A program made the position numbers and the translations under genes. A stretch of 64,000 bases of DNA from a virus (Duplodnaviria; Caudoviricetes), in the IMG/VR virus record IMGVR_UViG_3300033067_001009, positions 1 to 64,000 of that record. One strand, 5' to 3'. The notes below the pieces were generated by a model. It was not told the origin of the DNA. It was given only the letters and a program-made list of their open reading frames with translations, and did not search any database. Each line of letters begins with the position of its first letter. Positions within the stretch are counted from its first letter, which is position 1. Shown one piece after another: positions 48,906 to 58,057 of this stretch.

Positions 48906-49150
48906 ACTCCTGCCAGTTCCTCTAGCGAATCTTTGACCGACTCAAGCTCGGCCATTGCCGTACTAAGTATATCGACAGCGTCTCCGCTCTCGGTATACCT
49001 ATCCGTTTCCTGTAAAGAGTCAGGCGTATTGTTATACGCCTCTTCCTCTTCTCCGTGAATCCGCTCCACGTCAACGATCACCACGTTGAGTATTGCTGCG
49101 GCTCGTTTTATTTCTTTACGTCGTTTATCGTTCAGACTCGTTACCCCCAT
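48902..49150 (-). CDS. small helical hypothetical protein
   Basis: Coupled ORF. Confidence 0.6.
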   Translation of the reverse strand: MGVTSLNDKRRKEIKRAAAILNVVIVDVERIHGEEEEAYNNTPDSLQETDRYTESGDAVDILSTAMAELESVKDSLEELAGV

Positions 49151-49331
49151 TACTATCCCACATTAAGTATGCCCGTATCCCGTAGAACACTCCAGTCGGC
49201 GCAATAACAAGCACCAACCAATATAATCCCGCACCGAGCAGGAACACGATTGATGCCGCCACAATGTACACTGCGGACGCTATCGCTACACCTATGTACG
49301 TGAATAGCTCTCGTTCTTCGTTTTCGTTCAT
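49125..49331 (-). CDS. small membrane protein
   Basis: Two hydrophobic segments; start overlaps the dnaB stop. Confidence 0.55.
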   Translation of the reverse strand: MNENEERELFTYIGVAIASAVYIVAASIVFLLGAGLYWLVLVIAPTGVFYGIRAYLMWDSNGGNESER

Positions 49332-50725
49332 AATTTCATTTTCGGTGACATCGGAGGTATGTCTCTCGCGCCATACATCCCCGAGGCTTTACGCTGTTTG
49401 TCAAGCAGCGTGGACGAGAACGTCTGCAAGTTTTTATGAAACACCGTGGGTACCCGCCATCCGGCAGCACCGTTGCGTTGTTTCTCGCAGAGTATCTCCA
49501 AGTACATATCGTGCTCGCCCAGCTTCTCATCGTCGGGTGGCTCGACTTCCTGCAAGTGGATCAGAAGATCAGCGTCCATCTTGATCTGACGGCTCCATCT
49601 CATCTTCTTGGGTTCTTGCCGTTGCGGTCTGGGATTGTTGCCGTTCCCGTTCCGTTGCTGGTTCGGGTTATCGGCGTACTGGGACAATGCGATGGAAGCC
49701 ACCGGAGGTATGCCCCTCTTCCTGTCTCCGATGGTCAGGGACTTCCACGTCTTCGAGATCGTCGAGACACGTGTTACGTCCGAGTCTTTCGCATCCGTGT
49801 CGGCCATCTGCAAATAGTCGAGGATGGCGGCGACCACGTCACGCTTGACGGCGAGCGTCTGGACGATGCGCTTGATGGCGAAGATGTTCGAGACCCCCTC
49901 GATGATGACGATGTTGTACTTCCGGCAGTAGTCGATGGCGAACTTGACATCGTCGAAGAACTTGGGATTTTTCAGATTCTCCTGAGTCAGTCGCTTGCCT
50001 GTCAGACGTGGGGACTCCATCGCCATCCGGTAGCACAGCATTTCCTTGGACATCTCAAGCGAGGCCACTGCCGTCTTGAGCCGTCCGATCTTCGAGTTCA
50101 TCTTGGCGATGTGCATCATCATCGCCGTCTTGCCGCCACCGCTCTCACCACCGATCACGGTATATCCGGTCAGCTGGGACAGGAACAGCCAGTCGTCCAG
50201 CTCGGGGATATGGACACGGTACGGGTTCTCTCCGGCTCGCCAACCGGCGAGCATCGTCATTGCCGAGTCGGCAGTCTGTTCCATATCGAACGCATACTGC
50301 AAGTCCGACTCGCCCTCGTCGACACGGTCAAGCATTCCACGGACGGCATCTGCGATCTCGGCTGGCGGGGTGCCTCTCTTTTCGTGACGGTCGATATATT
50401 TCTTTAGCTCGCTGATACGGTTGCGAGCACCGCTCTCTTTGAACTGCTGAAATATCTCGTCCGTCAGCTCCGGTGTCTGGGAGTCGAACGCGACCGACAC
50501 CATAATACGGGTGGTCATATCGTCCGGCAGCGCAGCCGTCAGCGTCTCTCGTGTGATACGCTCGTTCGTCTGGTGCTTCTGCACGATGATATTGAATATC
50601 TTATCGTGACCGGCAAAGACGAAATCACTCTTGGTCGTCCGGTGCAGATACTTGTCTCTCGCTTCCTTGGAACTGCAAAAGTTTTGAATCACAATTCCCT
50701 CGGAGCTGGTATCATTGTTTGCCAT
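49328..50725 (-). CDS. dnaB: replicative DnaB-like helicase
   Basis: GGESGGGKT, SLEM, ILDYLQM, ALSQ, IKMDAD, KQRNG motifs. Confidence 0.9.
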   Translation of the reverse strand: MANNDTSSEGIVIQNFCSSKEARDKYLHRTTKSDFVFAGHDKIFNIIVQKHQTNERITRETLTAALPDDMTTRIMVSVAFDSQTPELTDEIFQQFKESGARNRISELKKYIDRHEKRGTPPAEIADAVRGMLDRVDEGESDLQYAFDMEQTADSAMTMLAGWRAGENPYRVHIPELDDWLFLSQLTGYTVIGGESGGGKTAMMMHIAKMNSKIGRLKTAVASLEMSKEMLCYRMAMESPRLTGKRLTQENLKNPKFFDDVKFAIDYCRKYNIVIIEGVSNIFAIKRIVQTLAVKRDVVAAILDYLQMADTDAKDSDVTRVSTISKTWKSLTIGDRKRGIPPVASIALSQYADNPNQQRNGNGNNPRPQRQEPKKMRWSRQIKMDADLLIHLQEVEPPDDEKLGEHDMYLEILCEKQRNGAAGWRVPTVFHKNLQTFSSTLLDKQRKASGMYGARDIPPMSPKMKL

Positions 50726-51053
50726 TGATTGTATCTCTCTCCTGTAAGTACTGCTCTATCTCTCTATACAGAGCAGAGTTCCTGTGCTTGCCGTAGCTGG
50801 GTCTGTAAGGCGACTGGCCTATCTTGGCAGCTTCGGGCGCTGTACGGCCTCTATAACGCTGTACAGCCACAGATTCATACACTTCCTCAACCTTGTTTCT
50901 CAGGGCATCGGCAGCTTGTTTAAGAGATTGCACGTTATCTGCGGTGGCCTTTATGCGAATCTCTACTTTAGCGGCTCGGAGTTTCTCGACCAGCTGATCC
51001 ATCCACATCAGCGAATCGAACGCGACCTCAAGTGGGGATTTCGACTTCTTCAT
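50712..51053 (-). CDS. hypothetical protein
   Basis: Coupled ORF. Confidence 0.55.
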   Translation of the reverse strand: MKKSKSPLEVAFDSLMWMDQLVEKLRAAKVEIRIKATADNVQSLKQAADALRNKVEEVYESVAVQRYRGRTAPEAAKIGQSPYRPSYGKHRNSALYREIEQYLQERDTINGKQ

Positions 51054-51297
51054 TTCTTTTCACCGCTTCTCTGTAACCGATGTGCAGCCGCTGGTCTCCG
51101 AGTAGGACGATCTCCTCGCCGTACATCGTCACTGCTCGCTCGTTTTTTCCCCAGCGGGATACGCGATAAGCGCTGTTTCCGAGCGGCTCCACAAAGAACT
51201 CGTAGTTCAAACTCGTTTTGAATTTGACCTTACGCTTCAACGTATCCGCAATGACCAGCGCATCGTGTACGCTGATCTGACTCATTAGCTTTGGCAT
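51028..51297 (-). CDS. hypothetical protein
   Basis: Likely start MPKLMSQ, with GAGGAG RBS. Confidence 0.55.
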   Translation of the reverse strand: MPKLMSQISVHDALVIADTLKRKVKFKTSLNYEFFVEPLGNSAYRVSRWGKNERAVTMYGEEIVLLGDQRLHIGYREAVKRNEEVEIPT

Positions 51298-51467
51298 TTG
51301 TTTATCTCCTCTAGTTTCTTTTTGGCCACTATCAATTTCTCTCTCGCAGTCTTGACGTGCTCCGGCAACTCTTCGATCAGTGCCTCGTCGTAACAATGCA
51401 CCGCATTGAGCAGACCATCTATCTCTTCTTTTCTCAAACGTAACGCTATGCTTTTTGCTTCTGCCAT
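51285..51467 (-). CDS. small hypothetical protein
   Basis: GGAG RBS directly after the 51479 palindrome copy. Confidence 0.6.
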   Translation of the reverse strand: MAEAKSIALRLRKEEIDGLLNAVHCYDEALIEELPEHVKTAREKLIVAKKKLEEINKCQS

Positions 51468-51720
51468 AATTTTATCTCCAGTGTCGACACTCGTGACTTG
51501 GGGAAAACCTACGGAAAGGGGTTCTTGGGGTGGACAAGAGTGATACCTGCTTGGAAGCGTAAACTTCGCTGCATCTCTTAACCCAAGAAAAAAATCTTTC
51601 GATTCTCATAAGTTCGCAAGTGTGACGTTCTTGTTATTTTTAAGGGTAAGATTCATTATACTTGATACTTCTCACCCTTGTTACTTCTAATGTCGGTCTC
51701 CTAAAGCAGCGGATGCCTAG

Positions 51721-51765
51721 GGAGACCTGTGGTGACCAGTTCACCCCTTAGGAGACCTGTGGTGA
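51721..51765. repeat. iteron-like direct repeat GGAGACCTGTGGTGA x2, 30-bp period
   Basis: 51721-51735 and 51751-51765, straddling the stop of the HTH gene. Confidence 0.8.
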
Positions 51766-52047
51766 ATCGTTGACTATCCACTCCCAGTATGCGAACATAC
51801 CTTTCTTGCGAACAGCCTCGATTCGCAGGTACCCGCACTCTTTCAAGTTAGCTGTGATCCGGTCGATGCGCTTGCGCCCGATGTCGAACCGCTCCATCAG
51901 CGTGTCTCTGCTGATCTTGAAGTTGTCGTCGTGGCTGCTGAGATACACGAGCATACCCAGTTCATCCAGCGCCAGACGTTTATCACGCATAGCCGCATTA
52001 CTGAGCACCGTGTAGTTCTTTTTGTACTGGTTACGTACTCTAATCAT
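51748..52047 (-). CDS. short HTH replication-initiator-like protein
   Basis: YTVLSN...GMLVYLSS...RITANLKECGYL resembles the N-domains of phage replication organisers; upstream of dnaB. Confidence 0.6.
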   Translation of the reverse strand: MIRVRNQYKKNYTVLSNAAMRDKRLALDELGMLVYLSSHDDNFKISRDTLMERFDIGRKRIDRITANLKECGYLRIEAVRKKGMFAYWEWIVNDSPQVS

Positions 52048-52063
52048 TTTGGTTTTATTCGAT

Positions 52064-52092
52064 TTGACTTGTGGAAACTTTCGTGGTAGCTT
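52064..52092 (+). promoter_or_regulatory. antisense (rightward) promoter
   Basis: TTGACT-N17-TAGCTT with extended -10 TGg. Confidence 0.5.
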
Positions 52093-52097
52093 TATAG

Positions 52098-52180
52098 ACG
52101 TGAACGATAGTTTCCATCACGGAACAAATTGAATTTAAGTTGTTTTAACAGGTGCAGACCATAATCTGCACCTGTTTTTT
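52098..52180 (+). ncRNA. putative ~80-nt cis-antisense RNA
   Basis: Bounded by the promoter at 52064-52092 and a + strand terminator. Confidence 0.45.
52147..52180 (+). terminator. Rho-independent terminator on the + strand
   Basis: AACAGGTGCAGA-ccataa-TCTGCACCTGTT then TTTT; no U-tract on the - strand. Confidence 0.75.
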
Positions 52181-52222
52181 CTTTCTGTTTTTCGGAGTAC
52201 TCAATCGGGATGAGTACTTAAC

Positions 52223-52251
52223 ATATTACTCCGGCTAATAACCAATGTCAA
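52223..52251 (-). promoter_or_regulatory. promoter for the initiator-like gene
   Basis: TTGACA-N17-TAATAT on the - strand. Confidence 0.7.
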
Positions 52252-52258
52252 CTGTACA

Positions 52259-53884
52259 CTAACCTCCTGACGATAAGTCCTTTAGATGGTGGTAGATAGC
52301 CCACGTCTTCGGAAAGCACTGCTCGACGATCTTGTCGACAGCCTTGGCGTACTGCTGGATTTCCCACTGGGCAGCCGGATCATCACGGAGCGACAGGAAC
52401 GCCAACCAGTTCCTGAGAACGGCAGACGCTCGCATCTGCGAATATCTGCCGACCGGAATCACGACCCTCGCCAGCTCTTTCGGAATACCGCAGGTCAGAC
52501 CGTACTGGTATAACTGCTCCGCATCATTGTAGAACGCAGCCAGAGCGTTCTCCCAGTGGGTAGCGTTGTTGTCGTTCAGCTCGGCAGCACCGATAGCGAC
52601 ACCGGCTTGCTTGTTCGTCGTACTTGTCAGGTACAGTCGCTCGCGTGTCGGCTCATAGTTGACATCCGGCAGCGGCGCGTACCGTGCAGACATCTCGTTG
52701 TATGAATTATGAATCAACAAGTTATCTGCCGCAAACCAGTTGTTTCCAGTTACCGAAATGTCGAAAGTGTCTTTCAAACCCAGAGCGTTAATGGATAGTA
52801 TCTTAACCGGAACTTCTCTTAATCGCTTTCTACCACCGTTAAGTTGACTATCATCTGCGTTGTCTTGAGCAGTGCCGAGTTTCAGATTCAGCAATCTGTT
52901 ATCTAAAGGGTTGTCGTTCTTATGTAGAACCCATTCGCTAGACCTGCCTAAGAATGCGTTAGCAACCAGCACCGAGACCTGTACCGTCTTGTTGTTAATT
53001 GAAACTACCGCTCTGTGGTCGGTGTTCACTGTTTGAGTTTTGAGGTAGGGCTGCCTCTGCTTTCTGACTCCTCTGGTTGACCAGTAAGAACGTACCCTGC
53101 CGAGATTAGATACTTCGTATCCTTCGGATACTTCTCGCCACTCTTCGTTCATTATTTCTTCATTACTGATAGCAGGGAACACCGATGCCGCACCTCTGTC
53201 ACCATTTTGTATCATCGCCATCACTTCCGTAATACCGTCCTTTAGCCTACCCGAACCGTAAGGAGTCTTGAACAAATGGTCTTCTGACACCTCTACCTCT
53301 CCGTACTTGGTACGAACCAAGTACACCTGTTTTTGCCCTGTGTGCCAAGCGCCGGTTACATTAACAAACCCGTCATTGTTTCGTAACTGCATTGCGGAAA
53401 TCCTTGCTTTGGTTTTAGGGTTTAAGAACCCAGAAACCACGTCCAGCATAGATTTTCTGTAAGCCTTTCCGTCAACAGGTCTGTTAAATACCAACGGTGT
53501 ACTACCTGAAACGCACTGTGTCCGATGACGGTGCCATTCCCTGAACACGAAGATCGGGGCGCGAACTTCGATAATCATTCCGGCGAACTCGAACGGTGTC
53601 GAGTGTCGATTCTTAAACATAAAGTTCAGCAGATTTGTGTCGTTGGCTAGTTTGCCGAAGCACTGCGCCCCAGTACGGTCATTGTGGGCTGCTATCTTAG
53701 CTATGAACTGCTTATCGCAGTCAGGACAGTAACACACGTCCCACCCACGGAAGTTCCCCTGTGTCGATTGCCTCGCAGCCTCGATGATTCCGGCCTCGTC
53801 GACTCCGGCATCACCCCCGCCCCAGTACTCGACCAGCCTGACGAACCCGTGGTCAAGCACCGGTATGTTGATTTCTTTCTTCAT
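52259..53884 (-). CDS. thyX: flavin-dependent thymidylate synthase ThyX interrupted by an intein
   Basis: VLDHGFVRLV...RHSTPFEF...EWHRHRTQ|intein|SYNEMSARY. Confidence 0.92.
   Translation of the reverse strand: MKKEINIPVLDHGFVRLVEYWGGGDAGVDEAGIIEAARQSTQGNFRGWDVCYCPDCDKQFIAKIAAHNDRTGAQCFGKLANDTNLLNFMFKNRHSTPFEFAGMIIEVRAPIFVFREWHRHRTQCVSGSTPLVFNRPVDGKAYRKSMLDVVSGFLNPKTKARISAMQLRNNDGFVNVTGAWHTGQKQVYLVRTKYGEVEVSEDHLFKTPYGSGRLKDGITEVMAMIQNGDRGAASVFPAISNEEIMNEEWREVSEGYEVSNLGRVRSYWSTRGVRKQRQPYLKTQTVNTDHRAVVSINNKTVQVSVLVANAFLGRSSEWVLHKNDNPLDNRLLNLKLGTAQDNADDSQLNGGRKRLREVPVKILSINALGLKDTFDISVTGNNWFAADNLLIHNSYNEMSARYAPLPDVNYEPTRERLYLTSTTNKQAGVAIGAAELNDNNATHWENALAAFYNDAEQLYQYGLTCGIPKELARVVIPVGRYSQMRASAVLRNWLAFLSLRDDPAAQWEIQQYAKAVDKIVEQCFPKTWAIYHHLKDLSSGG
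52706..53515 (-). mobile_element. 270-aa intein with NUMOD4/HNH homing endonuclease
   Basis: Cys1 CVSGST, block B SEDHLF, YEVSNLGRVRS (NUMOD4), HKNDNPLDNRLLNL (HNH), terminal IHN|S; AT-richer than its flanks. Confidence 0.9.
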
Positions 53885-54326
53885 TTTTAATCTCCTCCTC
53901 GATTTGTTCGACTGCCACATCGAGCGGCAGTGCTATGGTTCCGCACACGATTCCGAGCGCATTACTCAGCAACGTGTCCAGCTCGAATACAGCACCGGCC
54001 TTTTCCCACATCTCGATCCGCGCCGGACGCATATCGCTGAACCGATTTTTGTTTACCCGTTCTTGGTAGCGCCGGATGTAGGTCGATGCTTTCTTAAGAT
54101 CGTCGATCTTGTTGTCGTGCTTCCGACCGGCGCGGCAGATGTACTTTGCCGCATTACCAAGCCGGAAGTCCAAACGAAAGAACTCGATCACCTCGTCGAC
54201 GAACCACCCGTGGTAGTAGTTCCGACCGCTATGAGTGTCGACACTCGAAGCAGCCGCAGTACCTGCTGCGTTCTTCCAGCAGTAACCCTCGTCCTTTCCG
54301 CATTCTTCACATATTAACTTTCCCAT
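53853..54326 (-). CDS. DUF3310-like protein
   Basis: LDFRLGNAAKYICRAGRK...DDLKKA. Confidence 0.75.
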   Translation of the reverse strand: MGKLICEECGKDEGYCWKNAAGTAAASSVDTHSGRNYYHGWFVDEVIEFFRLDFRLGNAAKYICRAGRKHDNKIDDLKKASTYIRRYQERVNKNRFSDMRPARIEMWEKAGAVFELDTLLSNALGIVCGTIALPLDVAVEQIEEEIKNEERNQHTGA

Positions 54327-54328
54327 CT

Positions 54329-54598
54329 CTATTCTCCTGACGGTTTTCCGTACACCTTGGCGATGACTGCCAGCACCAGATAGGTCGCTTTGCTTTCTTT
54401 CGCCAGCCGTACGGCTTCTTTCTCGGCAGCCTCCTTGGTCTCGTGCTGCTTCTTGAATCGTTTGTACCCTTGAGACCCACGGGCAACGGCATAGGTGACT
54501 TTGTCACCCTGCAACTCTTTGACCTGCGGGTATCGACCCAGCAGGTGTTTGTCTTTGGCCTTGACGACCCTGACTTTCGGTTTCGGCTTTTCAGCCAT
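54329..54598 (-). CDS. small basic hypothetical protein
   Basis: Coupled ORF with GGAGG RBS. Confidence 0.6.
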   Translation of the reverse strand: MAEKPKPKVRVVKAKDKHLLGRYPQVKELQGDKVTYAVARGSQGYKRFKKQHETKEAAEKEAVRLAKESKATYLVLAVIAKVYGKPSGE

Positions 54599-55280
54599 CG
54601 ATTATTTCCTCCCACTCGTCGCCGTCTAAAGCGACCTCACCGCTTTCCTGACCGACGATCACGATGTTCCCGTCATCGGTCAGCTCGAATCCGGCGTTAG
54701 CAAAGTCTTGGTCGAAGAACGATCCGTCCCGAATCGACTGCTTGATGAACTCCGAGAACTTGGTTATGTAGCTCTTTCTCAGATTGAGAGAGACCATCAC
54801 GTCCCCGTCCCCGTCCTCATTCTGAAACTGGTTCTGGATAGCGGTCGAGACACGGTAATCCACGAATGTCTTGGCGGCATAGTTGACCGTCGACTCCTCG
54901 ACTGTCGACCTGCTCGCCATTTGCGCGGCGAACTGCTTGACCTTGTCGGACACATTGAGCGTACGCGACATCTCACACAGCTCGTACGTCACCGTCCAGA
55001 TCAGATTGATAATCAGATCGAAGTCCTGCTTGGCTCCGATATGCGGGACGAAACTTTGCAGTGTCGACCAGTAGTCGAGGGAGATAAGCGCTCGCTTCTC
55101 CCCCTCGACCACACCATCGTCCGTATGTTTGCTGATGATGTTGACGTAGTCCGTCGCCATCTCCACCGGCAGTAGTTCCGGCAGAGCTGAGACCAGCTCG
55201 TGCCGGAGGAACGGAAGCAGCGCCGAATGCAGTACCGCTCCCGTCCCGAATGCGTGTTGTTCCAAGTATGTTCTAATCAT
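54591..55280 (-). CDS. hypothetical protein
   Basis: 229-aa coupled ORF. Confidence 0.7.
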   Translation of the reverse strand: MIRTYLEQHAFGTGAVLHSALLPFLRHELVSALPELLPVEMATDYVNIISKHTDDGVVEGEKRALISLDYWSTLQSFVPHIGAKQDFDLIINLIWTVTYELCEMSRTLNVSDKVKQFAAQMASRSTVEESTVNYAAKTFVDYRVSTAIQNQFQNEDGDGDVMVSLNLRKSYITKFSEFIKQSIRDGSFFDQDFANAGFELTDDGNIVIVGQESGEVALDGDEWEEIIDG

Positions 55281-55283
55281 CGA

Positions 55284-56441
55284 TTAGCTCCGTTCCCAAG
55301 GCACGTCATTACCTGACTTGGCTTGGTTTTTCTGCATATCCTGCAAGTGTTTAATTAGCTCAGAAGCAGCTCTCTTGGAAAGATTATCTGTGCCGCACAG
55401 GAATACCTTTTGACACTCCTCGTCCGGATCGACTCCGACTTCACGGGCGATGGCTCTGACCATCCCGAGCTGTTTTGCAGTTACCAAATCCGACAGACTT
55501 CTGGCAACCGGACTCGCCGGAGTGCCGCCCCCGCCGCCATAGTTGCCGCCGCTGTCTTGGCCTCCCGCGAATCCGCCGGTCGCTGCCGCATCCTTTTCGT
55601 ACAGGTCACGACCGATACCGAACAGCACGGCTGCCCGTTTGAGAGCGTCGGACGCTGCCCCTTTGACTGCCAGTTCCCACGCATCGTCGCCAATAGTCCC
55701 GTCGCGTTTGCGAACGAGCGAGCTGGCACCGACACCGTCACGCTCGGTACGGAACCCGTCCTCCATCGTGATCGTCAGACGGCCACGGCAGATCGCCGTC
55801 GTGTCGGTGAAGTTGATGTCCACGACCGTGAAGCTCCACGCCGAACCGACGACCGAATCGAGAATGTCGGTGACCGTGTTCCACTCGATGTACGGCACAT
55901 CTCCCCAGCTCATCGAGCGGGTCTTGACGAGCTGCTTCGGTACCGGCGCTCTGAGCTGTGCCAGCCATCCCAGCTTGGTGACGGGAATGATCGACACGAC
56001 CGGTTCGACCGTGTCGTCCTGAATTTGTTGTTGACTCACTTGTTGTTTCTCCTGTTGTTTCGGAGGAGCTGCCGTTGGCCGCGCCTCTTTTACTGTGCTA
56101 TGTGTCCTGCGCTCGGCAGCCGCTGGGGCTGCTTGCGTACCTTGATCCTTGTTGGCGAAATGGATCGCCGCCCAAATGTGTTCGCATCGGAAATGCCGAT
56201 CCGTATTTGCGTCCTTGTTCTCCTCGAACTCCGGACAGTTACAGATAACCGCATTCGTATGCGGGTGTCTGCCGACGAAGTAAATTTTCTGCTTACCGGC
56301 CACGCTCGCCGTCTTGACCTCGAACTCGCTGCCGTTGCGGCTGACGTTGCCGAGCGCGACTAGCGCTTTGCCTCGCTTCTCGGGGTCTTTGTGCCAGCTC
56401 TCCTCCTGAACCGGAGTAGCTGCTTGTTTTTTAGCTGCCAT
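55284..56441 (-). CDS. Rad52/Rad22-family single-strand annealing protein with N-terminal SWIM finger
   Basis: CNC...CEH SWIM; PYIEW...LDSVVG..WSF...RDGVG...KGAASDALKRAAVLFGIGRDLY. Confidence 0.85.
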   Translation of the reverse strand: MAAKKQAATPVQEESWHKDPEKRGKALVALGNVSRNGSEFEVKTASVAGKQKIYFVGRHPHTNAVICNCPEFEENKDANTDRHFRCEHIWAAIHFANKDQGTQAAPAAAERRTHSTVKEARPTAAPPKQQEKQQVSQQQIQDDTVEPVVSIIPVTKLGWLAQLRAPVPKQLVKTRSMSWGDVPYIEWNTVTDILDSVVGSAWSFTVVDINFTDTTAICRGRLTITMEDGFRTERDGVGASSLVRKRDGTIGDDAWELAVKGAASDALKRAAVLFGIGRDLYEKDAAATGGFAGGQDSGGNYGGGGGTPASPVARSLSDLVTAKQLGMVRAIAREVGVDPDEECQKVFLCGTDNLSKRAASELIKHLQDMQKNQAKSGNDVPWERS

Positions 56442-56442
56442 A

Positions 56443-56715
56443 CTATTTTCCTCCCAACCATTTGTATAGGGAGATTATCTTCGACGCGATGGTGGGATCG
56501 CCATACGTGTACTTCGTGAACCACCGACAGATAACGTCCGGTGTCGCTGCGTTGATTCGTGCATTTACCTTGGCTTGCTCGTCGGGCGGCACTTCGTCCC
56601 AGTCGTACCACGCTGTATTGTCCATCAAGAACTCCTGAAACGTGTACAGTATTCCCATCTCTTCGAGCAGCTCGACATTCGGTTTCTTTTCATCAACCAT
56701 CTGATTCACCTCCAT
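56443..56715 (-). CDS. hypothetical protein
   Basis: Coupled ORF. Confidence 0.55.
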   Translation of the reverse strand: MEVNQMVDEKKPNVELLEEMGILYTFQEFLMDNTAWYDWDEVPPDEQAKVNARINAATPDVICRWFTKYTYGDPTIASKIISLYKWLGGK

Positions 56716-56935
56716 TCACGAATACTCCCTCGACAGCAAACAATTCCGTAGCTTCCGGATAGTTAGAGAACCATTCGGCAGCAACTTTCTCGGCCTCTTG
56801 GTAAGAGCCGAATTGCGCGGCTTCCCGTGGGTTTGTTGTGTGCTTCATAACTACCGGAACAACTCCAGTAACAAATACCGTGCCGACGTAGTAGCGGTTG
56901 CTGACTACATCTTTCAGTAGAAATTTCTTTATCAT
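56693..56935 (-). CDS. hypothetical protein
   Basis: GGAG RBS; coupled. Confidence 0.55.
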   Translation of the reverse strand: MIKKFLLKDVVSNRYYVGTVFVTGVVPVVMKHTTNPREAAQFGSYQEAEKVAAEWFSNYPEATELFAVEGVFVNGGESDG

Positions 56936-56943
56936 ATTGTCTC

Positions 56944-57249
56944 CTATTTGTTTCCGACACCATCGATAGCCAGCGCTTCCGTCAGTGTCTCTTTACACTG
57001 CCAAACCTCAACCTCGATAGTATCCCCGACTTTGTAGTAGTCTAACTGCTTACTGAATAACTGGCAGTACTGCCGCCGGTCGGAACCCCAGTTACTCCTC
57101 TGGACTACCTGAACTATGTGGCGTTCCTTATCTCGTACGTCACGCAGCTCGACGGAGTAGTGCCGGTTACAGCTACCTAGCAACGATGCCATCACCAGCA
57201 TCACACCCACGCTGGCCGCAAGGCACAGCATAATATCTATTAACTTCAT
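56944..57249 (-). CDS. membrane-anchored/lipoprotein-like small protein
   Basis: Hydrophobic N-terminus ending LLGSC. Confidence 0.55.
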   Translation of the reverse strand: MKLIDIMLCLAASVGVMLVMASLLGSCNRHYSVELRDVRDKERHIVQVVQRSNWGSDRRQYCQLFSKQLDYYKVGDTIEVEVWQCKETLTEALAIDGVGNK

Positions 57250-57560
57250 ATCATCCCCTTTATTATTTCCCAGCAGTCGTCCAGATCGTATAGGTAATAA
57301 CTGCCACGTTGACCCCTACCTACTCGGGTTACCTTGTCTCCGAAAACTCCGGAGATCGTCCAAGCCTTGAGTGTCGACACTGGAATCTCGGCCACAGCAG
57401 CCATCGTATCAGTGTCCACCTTAATCATCGTTATTGGAATATAGCGCTCATAAGTACGGTACTTTGCCGATATAAGCTGCTCTACCGGTATTTCACAATT
57501 ACGTTTCATCCTCCTCCACCCAGATACTGACGGCGACTCTGGGATTAGCCTTGTCGTCAT
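57246..57560 (-). CDS. hypothetical protein
   Basis: Coupled ORF; contains a palindrome copy (VSTL). Confidence 0.5.
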   Translation of the reverse strand: MTTRLIPESPSVSGWRRMKRNCEIPVEQLISAKYRTYERYIPITMIKVDTDTMAAVAEIPVSTLKAWTISGVFGDKVTRVGRGQRGSYYLYDLDDCWEIIKGMI

Positions 57561-58056
57561 ACCTGTAAATATGCAGCTCCTCGATCTGGGAGTCGTTGTT
57601 GTAACACTGGTGCTGCATCACGTCGAGCAACACCTTGAGAGTGTTGTCGACATCACCCTGCCTCCTCGGTCGGTACAGCTCGACGGTCACGGTTATGTTC
57701 CCACTGAGCGGTGTCACGCCATAGAGCGCTAAGTACTGGCGAACACTGTTTTTGTAGTCGCGTCCGGCCTGACTGATTGTCAGACGCTTTCCCGATACAC
57801 GATACATCTTGTTGAGAGTGATCGGATACGGCAGTACGATACGGTAGACCGGAGGCTGCCCGTCGTCGTACTCGACCGGATGCGGAATCAGCTCCACATC
57901 GTTCCGGTAGATCGGTTTGGGTTCCTCCCGTACAGCCCGTCTTTCGACCGCTGGCTGCTTGGAAGCTACCAGTCCGGTGTCTGATCTCACTTTGAGTTTC
58001 GGATTGTCGTGGAGAAACTTCTTAAGCTCCATCTCACCGCCCAGTCTCAGCGCCAT
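57499..58056 (-). CDS. rusA: RusA-like Holliday junction resolvase
   Basis: PITLNKMYR...GDVDNTLKVLLD...NNDSQI. Confidence 0.85.
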   Translation of the reverse strand: MALRLGGEMELKKFLHDNPKLKVRSDTGLVASKQPAVERRAVREEPKPIYRNDVELIPHPVEYDDGQPPVYRIVLPYPITLNKMYRVSGKRLTISQAGRDYKNSVRQYLALYGVTPLSGNITVTVELYRPRRQGDVDNTLKVLLDVMQHQCYNNDSQIEELHIYRYDDKANPRVAVSIWVEEDET

Positions 58057-58057
58057 A

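Noticed and set aside
51470-51750. Frameshift or stop readthrough extending the HTH gene; genetic-code reassignment
   Set aside because: All three frames close again within about 110 nt, and the other genes read well in the standard code.
53601-53610. Partial palindrome matches (53601; also 10202, 29194, ~55059)
   Set aside because: Only about 9-11 of 14 bases match; plausible by chance given frequent GTCGA, so not counted.
7137-54246. Palindrome copies as a CRISPR array, MITE/REP element or protein SVDT motif
   Set aside because: Copies are kilobases apart with no spacers, only 14-16 bp with no target duplication, and occur in two frames and between genes.
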